A DNA stretch of 63,643 nucleotides from a virus. Its lineage: Duplodnaviria; Caudoviricetes. Positions 1-8,549 of this stretch are shown one piece after another (positions within the stretch are counted from its first letter, which is position 1; every line of letters begins with the position of its first letter). The DNA is taken from the IMG/VR virus record IMGVR_UViG_3300045999_010097, positions 1-63,643 of that record, one strand, 5' to 3'. A program made the position numbers and the translations under genes. A model generated the notes under the pieces. That model was not told the origin of the DNA, did not search any database, and saw only the letters and a list, made by a program, of their open reading frames with translations.

Positions 1-325
1 GGGCGGCGGCGGCGGCGGCTACGGTGGTGGCGGCGTCGGCGGCTACGGTGGTGGCGGCGGCGGCGGCACGGGCGGCGGCGGCGGCGTCGGCGGCGTCGTC
101 GGCGTCGAGTTGGCCGCGCGTGAAGGCGTCGTCGGCGGCGTCGGCGTAGGCGGCGGCACGGGCGGCGGCGTCGGCGTAGGCGGCGACGGCGGCGTCGGCG
201 GCGGCACGGGCGGCGGCGGCGGCGGCACGGGCGGCGTGGGCGGCGGCACGGGCGGCGGCGTAGGCGTAGGCGGCGGCACGGGCGGCGTCGTAGGCGGCGG
301 CACGGACGTAGGCGGCGGCACGGGC
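1..325. repeat. Low-complexity GGC/GGCGGCACG-type coding repeat
   Basis: Degenerate (ggc)n units with acg/gta/gtc interruptions; encodes RAAA/YAAA/DAAA on the minus strand; same unit at 63560-63643. Confidence 0.9.
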
Positions 326-742
326 CTCTTCCAGTGTCGTCGCCTGAGCGCACCGATCGGCATGCTCGTGGAGCCCAGCAGCACGCAAGGCAATCGGCAG
401 CACGCGCGTCACCATGCCGAGCGCGATGGCCTGGACCCAGGCCGAGCGGTCAGTGCCTGCGGTGCCCAATTGCGCGAGCGCCAGAGGCAGGAGTGCCTTT
501 GCTCGAGCCTCTGGCGACGACCACGGCGCATCGTTGATTCTGATCGCAAACTCACGATCTGGCTCAGCGACACACGACGGGCGATCGCCGTGAGCCTCAC
601 CCAGAGCGAGGCAGATAGCAGCCTCGACGCAAAGGCTTCCAGCCTTGGCTTCGCCGAGGCCGCTCACGAGGCCGGCGTTGACGATGTTGATGAGTTTCTG
701 GCGAGTTTCAGCGGTTATCTGTGGGGGCGTCGATTTTGTCAT
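1..742 (-). CDS. Ala-rich low-complexity phage protein, 5' part (runs off the window start and continues at 63643)
   Basis: Not in the ORF track because it is open at the edge. Manual translation from ATG at 742 (AAGGAC upstream): MTKSTPPQITAETRQKLINIVNAGLVSGLGEAKAGSLCVEAAICLALGEAHGDRPSCV...EEARAAAYVRAAAYDAARAAAY..., with no stop seen before position 1. Confidence 0.8.
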   Translation of the reverse strand, partial: MTKSTPPQITAETRQKLINIVNAGLVSGLGEAKAGSLCVEAAICLALGEAHGDRPSCVAEPDREFAIRINDAPWSSPEARAKALLPLALAQLGTAGTDRSAWVQAIALGMVTRVLPIALRAAGLHEHADRCAQATTLEEARAAAYVRAAAYDAARAAAYAYAAARAAAHAARAAAAAARAAADAAVAAYADAAARAAAYADAADDAFTRGQLDADDAADAAAAARAAAAATTVAADAATTVAAAAAA

Positions 743-759
743 GTCCTTGTTCTAGACCC

Positions 760-3522
760 CTACGCAACCGAAGTAAAGTCGAAATTCAGAGAAACAGGAT
801 CTACGCGAGTTGTCTCCGAGTCCCATCCTGCTGGTACCTTACGTCCATAGTGCATATGCAACCGCCCGCCTTGGCCTTTGAGTGCTTGTGGGTTGCGTGC
901 TCGACCGTGTGCTTGAGCAAGCTCAGACTCGGCAGATGCAGCAATGTATCGCAACCAATCGGCGTCATCTGACTTGGGTACCGAGCCAGTCAGCACGCGC
1001 CACTGTAGAGCTAGAGCAGAAAGATTGGTTATGGGGTCACCGAGCGTAATGAAGGTATTGAACCCCTCTTGAAAGAAACGATCGTAGCCTCGTGTATTAC
1101 CGAAGTAACCAACCTCTACTTCAGGCCAAAGGTCTTTAAGTTGTTTGACCTGGTCCATATACGTGAACACAACCACCTTAGCTTTATTGCCTTGTGCCTT
1201 TGCCCAACGAGAAACCGCTGTTTTCGCGTGAGTCACGCATTGTCCGAGACGTTCAGGGCGATGTTTTAGAGATTTACGGTCAAGCCCTGGAAGGTGCTGG
1301 AGATACCGTTCTGTATCTCCCGCGTCAGTGACTCGAAGTGTCACGGGACGAAGGTCTGGACGAAGTCTACGCAATTCAGCAAGATTGGCCGTTGCATCAA
1401 GCACTACACCACCATGTTTTCTAAACAAAGAACCATTAGCCGTCAAAGAAGATATAGAAATGTGATGCGGTTCGAGCACCAAAATAGCGTCTTCTCCCGC
1501 CATGATACCTAGTACCCTCATAATGCGCTCGGCCCTAAGCACCCGTTTCTGAGTATCAGGACGCATACCGTCATAACCAATCTCAGATTGATTCAATCGA
1601 ACTGCGTTTTGAAAACAGGCAATCAAATCGATATTGACGTTGCCTGAAGCTTCTACGCCGGTAGCGTCTCGCGCACGCGCCAGAACAACCAAATTTGTTG
1701 GCGTTTGAGCCCACTTATGGACAACATCTCGCAACAACAGAATGCCTTGCCAATGAGTTCGAGCGAATCTCAAAACTTCAAGTAGGGGCCGTACCGCTGC
1801 ACGATACCGGTCATGGAATAGACGGACGTCTACCATGGCTGTCAATAAAGCATCCATTCCTCTAGGCGGTACAGCTTCTCGGTCGAATTCGGAAATCAAC
1901 CAATCGATGTCCTTAATTGTAAGATTGCCTGTTTCTACCCATTGTGGAGACTCGTCCCACACCAGAAGTGGGTGGCGTCCCCGTTCCAGTAGTTCTTTTG
2001 CAACGGTCGGCATCAAAGCGTGATTCGTCAGTGTCAAAGCACCATCGCCAACGGTAGCATTGTCTCTGGCTGGACAAGTTTCTTTATACTCACAGTGATT
2101 ACACAACAGACGATGAACATTACCACCTGCACTTTGCAGTTGTTTTGCCATCGTCCATTTTTTGCACGCGAAAGAGCCATCGTCGTTTAGAACAGCCAAC
2201 ACACCTGTTCGCCGCATATGAGGTACAGTCAATCGAGGTTCTACCTCACGAAGGAGAGCATTCGTCGGTACTGCCAGTACCGCTGACAAACCCGAGGTGG
2301 ATCGTTCGTTCTCGAACGGAGCCGAGTAGGCGTTCAGATATTCGGCAATAGCTCTCGTCTTACCGGCACCGGTTGATACCTGTACAACAGTTGCATGATT
2401 TTCGATTGCTCTGTTATCTGCTAGTGCCGCTTGCATCGATTCATGGGCTCTCATCACAGATACTTTTGGTTCTGTACGCGACAATTCGATCTTTAGCGGT
2501 GTGATTGTTGCGGCAATGACTTCGGACCTAACCTTTTCAGGTAAATGACCGAGAAACCAAGCTAATGGCTTGCCTTGGCACTTTCCCGCCATACACGAAA
2601 CAACACCGTTAGGGTACAAGTACGTCTTAGACCGGTAATCGTCGCCGTGTCCTACAGGACAAGTCACGTCCCAAGCGCCTTTCGACTCAACCCATTCATT
2701 AACTTCGAAGGCCCCCAGCATCACCTTGGTTTCCGCCGTGGCTTCTGTTCGCGACCTCTTTCGGCGAACTTCGCCTTGTAGCCAAGGAGGAAACATAGCC
2801 GCAAAATCAAGAGCATTAGGCCCCAAATAAGTGTCGGTGGTTACCGGTTCATTGACGCCAGGTCTAGGTGTCATCAAATAACACAATCCCGCCGCTTTGG
2901 TCGTAGCATAGTCGAACGGAATATCGGCGGGGAGAATGCGAGAGGTAAGGGTTGCTTGATGTTCGCGTACCGTGCTGGGGGATTTGACTACCACGGGTTC
3001 TGCGTAAGGCAGAATAAGATGCACCTTGTAGGTTGTTGCCGACTTGCGCCACTGGAAGTGATACGACACACCGCGTTGACGCAGTCCTGTAACAAGACCC
3101 AACAAGGGGGCTAGGTCGGTTACACCTTCGTCTAAGTCGACGACAAGCCCCGTTACCACAGAATCGGGATCGGCCTCGAAGTCTTCATTTCGCCGACGAA
3201 AGTTCTTTGTGAAAGCGGTCATAACGGCAGGCCCCTCGCCTTTTGCGAAGGTGCGCTGGGCGGCTTCCGTGGTCAGGTCAAGTAGAGCTTGGTACGAGTC
3301 GAGCGGTGTACCTACGACACCAAAGCGACCTGCGTAGACAAGCCCCCGCCAAGACTTAAAAGGAGCTATGCCCAAGGAATCCAACGAAGAACTCGCTGGA
3401 TGGTTGCTCGCCGTTTTGGTTTGCGGACCCATGCAGTTAATTCGTCCTTGAATTCTTGGTTGCCGTCGACTGAGATGGTCACTTCTTCGATGAGGTCGTA
3501 AGGGTCTTGGGGCGGCAGCCAC
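760..3522 (-). CDS. Primase-helicase fusion (AEP-like N-terminus, Zn-finger, SF2-like helicase); true start probably about 3375-3432
   Basis: hhDhD motif LVVDLDEG and downstream KVHLILP (AEP-like); CPVGHGDD...SCMAGKC; Walker A STGAGKT; Cys cluster CKKW..LCNHCEYKETCP; Walker B LVWDES; LDAT; motif VI-like ELAQAHGRAR. Confidence 0.7.
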   Translation of the reverse strand: MAAAPRPLRPHRRSDHLSRRQPRIQGRINCMGPQTKTASNHPASSSLDSLGIAPFKSWRGLVYAGRFGVVGTPLDSYQALLDLTTEAAQRTFAKGEGPAVMTAFTKNFRRRNEDFEADPDSVVTGLVVDLDEGVTDLAPLLGLVTGLRQRGVSYHFQWRKSATTYKVHLILPYAEPVVVKSPSTVREHQATLTSRILPADIPFDYATTKAAGLCYLMTPRPGVNEPVTTDTYLGPNALDFAAMFPPWLQGEVRRKRSRTEATAETKVMLGAFEVNEWVESKGAWDVTCPVGHGDDYRSKTYLYPNGVVSCMAGKCQGKPLAWFLGHLPEKVRSEVIAATITPLKIELSRTEPKVSVMRAHESMQAALADNRAIENHATVVQVSTGAGKTRAIAEYLNAYSAPFENERSTSGLSAVLAVPTNALLREVEPRLTVPHMRRTGVLAVLNDDGSFACKKWTMAKQLQSAGGNVHRLLCNHCEYKETCPARDNATVGDGALTLTNHALMPTVAKELLERGRHPLLVWDESPQWVETGNLTIKDIDWLISEFDREAVPPRGMDALLTAMVDVRLFHDRYRAAVRPLLEVLRFARTHWQGILLLRDVVHKWAQTPTNLVVLARARDATGVEASGNVNIDLIACFQNAVRLNQSEIGYDGMRPDTQKRVLRAERIMRVLGIMAGEDAILVLEPHHISISSLTANGSLFRKHGGVVLDATANLAELRRLRPDLRPVTLRVTDAGDTERYLQHLPGLDRKSLKHRPERLGQCVTHAKTAVSRWAKAQGNKAKVVVFTYMDQVKQLKDLWPEVEVGYFGNTRGYDRFFQEGFNTFITLGDPITNLSALALQWRVLTGSVPKSDDADWLRYIAASAESELAQAHGRARNPQALKGQGGRLHMHYGRKVPAGWDSETTRVDPVSLNFDFTSVA

Positions 3523-3968
3523 TCATCGTCCGGTAGCGAGGCCAACCCTACCACCAACCAAGCTTCTCTGGGTAATGTTTTTTGTTGTTGGATTCCGTCT
3601 CGGGTCGCTTGTAGGGTCATGACCACTCGGTCGGGTCGTAGGTGGTCCCAGCAGCGACGTAGACGCCACAACATCCAAGGACTATCTTCGGTTGGACGTA
3701 AGAGTGACGGTTCGGCTAGAGAAGCCAGAACGGCTTCGGGGTCTTTTGACGACCGGATGATGTGGGCCAAGTCGTACCTACGCACGAACTCGGGGTACTT
3801 ATCGATAGACCAAACCGACATGCCGTCCAGTGTAACCGCTCGGTACGTCGCGTCTAGGGCGAGTACAGGTGACACCTGGTAGCGACTGCATAGTGTACCG
3901 GACACGACCCATGTGTAGTGGTCGCCGCGCCGCCCCGACCCCCCATAGGAAGGGGTCTTGTCTACCAT
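3366..3968 (-). CDS. Hypothetical protein
   Basis: 200 aa ORF directly upstream of the primase-helicase on the same strand; no motif recognised. Confidence 0.6.
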   Translation of the reverse strand: MVDKTPSYGGSGRRGDHYTWVVSGTLCSRYQVSPVLALDATYRAVTLDGMSVWSIDKYPEFVRRYDLAHIIRSSKDPEAVLASLAEPSLLRPTEDSPWMLWRLRRCWDHLRPDRVVMTLQATRDGIQQQKTLPREAWLVVGLASLPDDEWLPPQDPYDLIEEVTISVDGNQEFKDELTAWVRKPKRRATIQRVLRWIPWA

Positions 3969-4017
3969 AGGTAGTGGGGCCTTGTGGCCTCAACCACTAA
4001 AGTCTACCGTTTTGACG

Positions 4018-4068
4018 GTTTCTTGCTCTATCTAATCTAATAGCAGACAGCTCTTTAGAGCAAGAAAC
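4018..4068. repeat. Inverted repeat with conserved core, copy 1 (candidate origin or regulatory site)
   Basis: GTTTCTTGCTCTA (4018-4030) / TAGAGCAAGAAAC (4056-4068); core TGCTCTATCTAATCTAAT...GCTCTTTAGAGCA is shared with 27399-27457. Confidence 0.75.
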
Positions 4069-4158
4069 TGCTTTTTGGGAAGAGAATTGTGGACGCTACT
4101 ATCCCACACACCATAGGTTGTGTGCATAGACCACCACATCTAGTGGTAGACTACGCGG

Positions 4159-5412
4159 GTGACACAATCCACCGCTGACGGAACCAATCTGGTTCCCATT
4201 TCTGCATCTCAACTCACCACGTTCGCAACCTGCCGCCGCCTATGGGCTTTTGAAAAGCTCGACGGGTTAGGACGTGCCGAGACCAACGCCATCAACGACG
4301 GGACGGCTATCCACAACGAAGTCGAGTTGTACTTCAAAGTCGGGACCGCTCCACAACGACCTGAGGCTCGTGCTCTGCTTGGTTTGTGTCCTCCCCGAGT
4401 CGACAGCCTCATCCCTGAAGCAGAATTCATCCTGGCATGGCCAGGTGAAGCCGCCCTACTACGTGGCCGGATTGACTTGGTAGACCCGGTAAACCACGTC
4501 GTGTACGACCACAAGACGACATCGAACATCGACCGCTACGCAAAAAGTGAAGAAGAACTTCGGCTCGATGCACAACCTATTGTGTATGGGCTAGCGTACC
4601 GAGCCGTGTTCCACAACACTCATGAAGTTGTGATGCAATGGAACTATGTCAAGCGAGAGCAACCCCGTAACCGACCACCCCAAACAAAAGCGGTACGCCT
4701 TACACAAGATCTGCGTATGTTGCAGGAAGGTCTTGAAAAATGGCAACCTGTCGTGGCGGATCTCGTTCAGATTTCTCGTCGTCGAGGCCGAGCACTTGAC
4801 GTCTTGCCTTCGCCAGGAGAAGCTTGCTTCAAGTACGGGGGTTGTCCTTACCGGGATGCGTGCCCAGACTACGCAGGCAACCAAAAGCAAAAGGAGGTCG
4901 TACCTGTGAACCCAGCAGTCCTAGCGAAACTAGCCGCCCTATCATCGTCCACCCCTGCTCCGCTGCCTGAACCGCGCTTCGAGCCAGAGGCAGCTTTGCC
5001 TCCAGAAGTTCGGCAGATCGCTCCAATTCCGACGGCTCCGGTCGCTCCGACCATGCCGCTGCTTGACTCTGTTCGAATTGCCCTCGACATCAAGCCTGAC
5101 GTTGTGCCACCAGACGCGCAACCAGATGTGTCGCCGATTGACCCACCCCCACCACCTGTAGTGGAAACTAAAAAAGGACGAGGTCGCCCTAAAAAGACGG
5201 CGACTGTGGTTGATGAACCGAGCGTGTCGACTACGGTTGACGAACCAACCACCTTCGCCTTCTCCTCGCCCCCCGCGTCAGACTTGACAACTTCCCGCGC
5301 CCTGATTCAATCCGTTATCGACCAGGCAGCTAACGGCACTCTTGACCAGCGCATCGAGGCGGCTAAGTTGGCGTTGCAGTTGATTCATCTTGACCTGGTA
5401 CTCAAAACTTGA
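4159..5412 (+). CDS. Cas4/RecB-like PD-(D/E)XK exonuclease with Pro-rich, AT-hook-containing tail
   Basis: ISASQL..C, GTAIH, GRIDLVD, DHKT, QxxxY, and C-terminal CFKYGGCPYRDAC (Fe-S ligands); KKGRGRPKK. Confidence 0.85.
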   Translation: MTQSTADGTNLVPISASQLTTFATCRRLWAFEKLDGLGRAETNAINDGTAIHNEVELYFKVGTAPQRPEARALLGLCPPRVDSLIPEAEFILAWPGEAALLRGRIDLVDPVNHVVYDHKTTSNIDRYAKSEEELRLDAQPIVYGLAYRAVFHNTHEVVMQWNYVKREQPRNRPPQTKAVRLTQDLRMLQEGLEKWQPVVADLVQISRRRGRALDVLPSPGEACFKYGGCPYRDACPDYAGNQKQKEVVPVNPAVLAKLAALSSSTPAPLPEPRFEPEAALPPEVRQIAPIPTAPVAPTMPLLDSVRIALDIKPDVVPPDAQPDVSPIDPPPPPVVETKKGRGRPKKTATVVDEPSVSTTVDEPTTFAFSSPPASDLTTSRALIQSVIDQAANGTLDQRIEAAKLALQLIHLDLVLKT

Positions 5413-5499
5413 GGTGTTCGTGCTTACCGAATATGTGTTCTTGTTGTGCTCCATGGGAGTAATCGCATTTAGCCTTGGATTGCTTATCGGGGACACCTG

Positions 5500-7263
5500 A
5501 TGCAAGTATTCAACGACCCAGAGTTCGACCGCGTATTTGCTCTGCCTAAAAGAAATCCTCCATCTTCTGAGGAACTACAGCAACTCAGCGGTGTCCTGAC
5601 TCAGGCGTTGAAACAACCAACAGGTAGTCAAAAGCTCAAGCCCATTCAGGCTTGGGCTTTAGCCGAGGCGAGCCAAGGTCGCCTCGTAGGGCTTATCGGT
5701 GCCGGTGGTGGCAAGACGCTGACATCGGCGCTACTTCAGCGAGTATTGAAGTCGAAGCGAGTGTTGTTGCTGCAACCCGCTGCCCTGCGTCAGAAGACGC
5801 TCGATGACTTTGCCGCATTGCGCCATCATTGGGTCTTTCCAGCGGCTTGTTTGGCTGATGCTGTGTCAAACGTAGCCCCAGGCGATCCGATCATTCGAAT
5901 CCTGTCTTATGAGTCTCTTTCCACCGTCAACTACGCCACATACATCGAAGAATTCGATCCAGACCTGATTATCGCTGATGAAGCCCATTTTCTTCAGACG
6001 ATGAAATCAGGGCGGTCACGGCGAGTGTTTCGCTTCATAAAGAACAAGCGTAAACGAGGTGGTAAAGTAACCTACGTACCCCTAACCGGCACTGGTTGGG
6101 ACCGTTCTTTGAAGCAAATCGCGCACCAATTAGAGGCGGCTCTTGAGGAGTGGTCACCTCTACCTCGCGATTGGCTTTGCATGGAGCAACTCTCTCAAGC
6201 AATCGACCGCAACGTCCGCGAGGACATGAGGCTACAACCCGGTGCGCTCTTACGTTTGTGTCCCGAGAAAAGCGACCCGTCAATCGACGAGGTCCGCCGT
6301 GCGGTTCGTGATCGAATTGTCAACACGCCTTTCATTGTTACTTCGAAGGAAGTATCCTGCGGGCTCCCGCTTGTTCTTAGACGAAGAGACATAACCGTCC
6401 CCCCTGAAGTTCGCGCAGCAATGGATTCGCTGCGTAAGGACTACGTGTTGCCGTCTGGCGATTCGGTTGAAGCGGGCGTGACATTCTGGAATCACGCTCG
6501 CGAAATCGCCAACGGATTCGCGTATTACATGGACCCGCCACCTCCCCCGGCTTGGCGGCAAGCTAAATCTGCCTGGAACTCTTTCGTGAGAGGAAAGATT
6601 GAGTCGCACGGCAGCGTGCGGTACGACACTCCCCTTCAAGTATGGAACGCAACAGAAGTCGGTACTTTTGGGACAGTGCCCCAGTTCGATGCGTGGAAGG
6701 CTATCAAAGATTCTTTTGTTCCGGTCACTAAGCCTTTTTGGATCTCCGATTACTTGGTTCGAGACGCCGAAGAATGGTCTTTGGCGACAAGCGGTATCGT
6801 GTGGGTGTCCCACTCGACGGCGTACACCGAAGAACCGGACGACGACCGGATCGGTGGTATGTTCACGAAGATTCCGTACTTTGGCGCGGGCGACGAACGA
6901 ATCAAGTCCTACAAAGGCCCCTGTGCGGCATCGGTTCGCGCTCACGGCACGGGTAAGAATCTGCAACAGTGGGATGAAGCTCTGATTATGGGTTTTCCGT
7001 CTGGAGGTAAGACTGTCGAGCAACTTTTGGCTCGGCTGCATCGCGACGGACAAAAATCAGACATCGTGACCTTTCATTTCTACGCCCATTCGCTAGAGAA
7101 CCTCAACGCCATCGAAAAAGTGTTGGGCGATGCGGACTACATCCAAAGTACGTCAGGAGCCGACCAACGTGTGTTGGCGGCCCATTGGCTCGAACCAGAC
7201 GGTCACGCATTCGTGGTAGAAGACTACCGGAGATCACGCCCCACAGATCCGATGTGGGGTTGA
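5500..7263 (+). CDS. Superfamily 2 helicase (SNF2-like)
   Basis: Walker A GAGGGKT, DEAH box, LTGT motif III, GTGKNLQ, EQLLARLHRDGQ motif VI. Confidence 0.85.
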   Translation: MQVFNDPEFDRVFALPKRNPPSSEELQQLSGVLTQALKQPTGSQKLKPIQAWALAEASQGRLVGLIGAGGGKTLTSALLQRVLKSKRVLLLQPAALRQKTLDDFAALRHHWVFPAACLADAVSNVAPGDPIIRILSYESLSTVNYATYIEEFDPDLIIADEAHFLQTMKSGRSRRVFRFIKNKRKRGGKVTYVPLTGTGWDRSLKQIAHQLEAALEEWSPLPRDWLCMEQLSQAIDRNVREDMRLQPGALLRLCPEKSDPSIDEVRRAVRDRIVNTPFIVTSKEVSCGLPLVLRRRDITVPPEVRAAMDSLRKDYVLPSGDSVEAGVTFWNHAREIANGFAYYMDPPPPPAWRQAKSAWNSFVRGKIESHGSVRYDTPLQVWNATEVGTFGTVPQFDAWKAIKDSFVPVTKPFWISDYLVRDAEEWSLATSGIVWVSHSTAYTEEPDDDRIGGMFTKIPYFGAGDERIKSYKGPCAASVRAHGTGKNLQQWDEALIMGFPSGGKTVEQLLARLHRDGQKSDIVTFHFYAHSLENLNAIEKVLGDADYIQSTSGADQRVLAAHWLEPDGHAFVVEDYRRSRPTDPMWG

Positions 7264-7353
7264 CGAACAAAATCCGATGCGTATGCTTCGGAAACCAAAC
7301 GGTGGTCAACCACCATGAACTGGGCGAAAGCCCGAGAAGCAAGGAAGTGAAGA

Positions 7354-7893
7354 ATGGCTCTGCTTGATTCGATTATGAATGCTACCGGTGAGTCGACTCC
7401 CAACTACGGCAAGAAGGGCACCTACATCGGTCGCCTTCGCCGCATGCGGTTGCGCGACCCAGCCGAACCTGGGAGCAATCCTGAACTCAAGCCTGGATTC
7501 CGTGTCGATGTGGATGTCATCCATTGCAGCCGCGTTGAAAAGGACTTCAATGCTGGGGACATCGCTACGTTTACCGATCCGTTCAAGTTCGTTGGTACGG
7601 CTCTCGCCCGTGTTCGTCGAGCGGCGGCGAACGCCAAGTCCAGCAAGACGGGCGCACAAGTCTCGGAAGCAGACTTTGGTCTGTCGAAGGGAGAAGGTGA
7701 GTCGGATGATGCGTTTGCTTCGCGTGTCAAGGGGGAGATCAAGCGTCTGCTTGGTCCGGACCAACCGTGTAACGGCGCAGTTGTCAAGATTGTCGCCACT
7801 GAGGGCAAGAACCAAAAAACCGGGTCCCCCTATACGTTGTTCGACCTTGAGGTGCCCACCGAGGAAGACCTCCGGTTGGCTGGCCTGATCTGA
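7354..7893 (+). CDS. Hypothetical protein, possibly ssDNA-binding
   Basis: AAGGAAG RBS; sits between helicase and polymerase; beta-rich with an acidic end; function inferred from context only. Confidence 0.5.
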   Translation: MALLDSIMNATGESTPNYGKKGTYIGRLRRMRLRDPAEPGSNPELKPGFRVDVDVIHCSRVEKDFNAGDIATFTDPFKFVGTALARVRRAAANAKSSKTGAQVSEADFGLSKGEGESDDAFASRVKGEIKRLLGPDQPCNGAVVKIVATEGKNQKTGSPYTLFDLEVPTEEDLRLAGLI

Positions 7894-8000
7894 GTTCAAA
7901 AACGTGTGTTGTCGAGCGTATAAGGTGCGGCTCCTATCACCCCGCTGACTTGAGGCGGATCGACAATAAAAAGTGACGCGAGGGAGAGACCTCGAAGTAT

Positions 8001-8083
8001 GGCCGGATGGCGGAATTGGTAGACGCACTGGATTTAGATTCCAGCGGTAAACCGTGAGGGTTCGAGTCCCTCTTCGGCCACCA
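8001..8083 (+). tRNA. tRNA-Leu (anticodon UAG)
   Basis: Acceptor GGCCGGA/TTCGGCC, D-loop TTGGTAG, anticodon arm CTGGA-TTTAGAT-TCCAG, long variable arm, GAGGG-TTCGAGT-CCCTC, discriminator A plus encoded CCA. Confidence 0.93.
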
Positions 8084-8086
8084 TAT

Positions 8087-8174
8087 GTGGTGTAGGCTAC
8101 TGTTGGTTGGTAGCACGAGACTGTAACTCTCCGACCTTCGGGTCACGGTGGTTCGATTCCATCACACCACACCA
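8087..8174 (+). tRNA. tRNA-Tyr (anticodon GUA)
   Basis: Acceptor GTGGTGT/ACACCAC, GCTAC/GTAGC D-stem, GAGA-CTGTAAC-TCTC, variable arm GACC-TTCG-GGTC, GGTGG-TTCGATT-CCATC, A plus CCA. Confidence 0.9.
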
Positions 8175-8175
8175 A

Positions 8176-8285
8176 GCAGGGTGAAGCTAGAAACTAATGG
8201 TACGACGCAGGTTTATCTGAACAGACCGGTCTGCTTAGGATGAATACCACGTCGGTCGCGGCGAAACACCAAGGCCCCTGCGCCA
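8176..8285 (+). ncRNA. Candidate tRNA-like RNA (acceptor-like stem plus CCA, no anticodon or TpsiC consensus)
   Basis: Starts 1 nt after the tRNA-Tyr CCA; GCAGGG (8176-8181) pairs with CCCTGC (8276-8281), followed by G-CCA; internal stems TGGTA/TACCA, GCAG/CTGC, GGTC/GGCC. Confidence 0.45.
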
Positions 8286-8298
8286 AATTGACCCCTAG

Positions 8299-8330
8299 AC
8301 GTAGCCCCAGATCGGGGCTACGTTACTTTC
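8299..8330 (+). terminator. Hairpin after the tRNA cluster (terminator or processing site)
   Basis: ACGTAGCCCC-AGATC-GGGGCTACGT followed by TACTTTC. Confidence 0.5.
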
Positions 8331-8549
8331 ATGACGAACAACCGCGAAGCCGCTCTTCTCGAAGCCTTCAACACACATCTTCCGGTCATGACCCCTAAGG
8401 GTCAAGGAATCATCACGTGCTGGAATCGCTTCTACGCTCATCCTGGTCTTTTGGATGAGGATGATGTAGCCGACGATATTGAAGTGCGCCTGGAGAACGG
8501 CGAGGTGTTCGCCACTGATACCTGGACCGACCTCACGGTGATTGCATGA
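8331..8549 (+). CDS. Hypothetical protein
   Basis: 72 aa ORF with ATGA overlap into the polymerase start. Confidence 0.6.
   Translation: MTNNREAALLEAFNTHLPVMTPKGQGIITCWNRFYAHPGLLDEDDVADDIEVRLENGEVFATDTWTDLTVIA

Noticed and set aside
43-850. Pro-rich (43-393, -) and Gly-rich (110-850, +) ORFs
   Set aside because: Alternative frames of the GGC repeat; the Ala-rich frame from ATG 742 has an RBS and a globular N-terminus
4159-5412. Cas4 as evidence of a CRISPR-Cas system
   Set aside because: No repeat-spacer array or other cas genes seen; solo Cas4-like nucleases are common in phage replication modules
8001-8083. Amber suppressor tRNA / stop-codon recoding
   Set aside because: TAG is the anticodon itself (reads CUA, Leu); genes are intact under the standard code and several end in TAG
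8176-8285. Hammerhead or theta (HDV-like) ribozyme after tRNA-Tyr
   Set aside because: CTGA and CGAAAC are present, but I could not build the CUGANGA core or an HDV nested pseudoknot; kept only as a tRNA-like candidate
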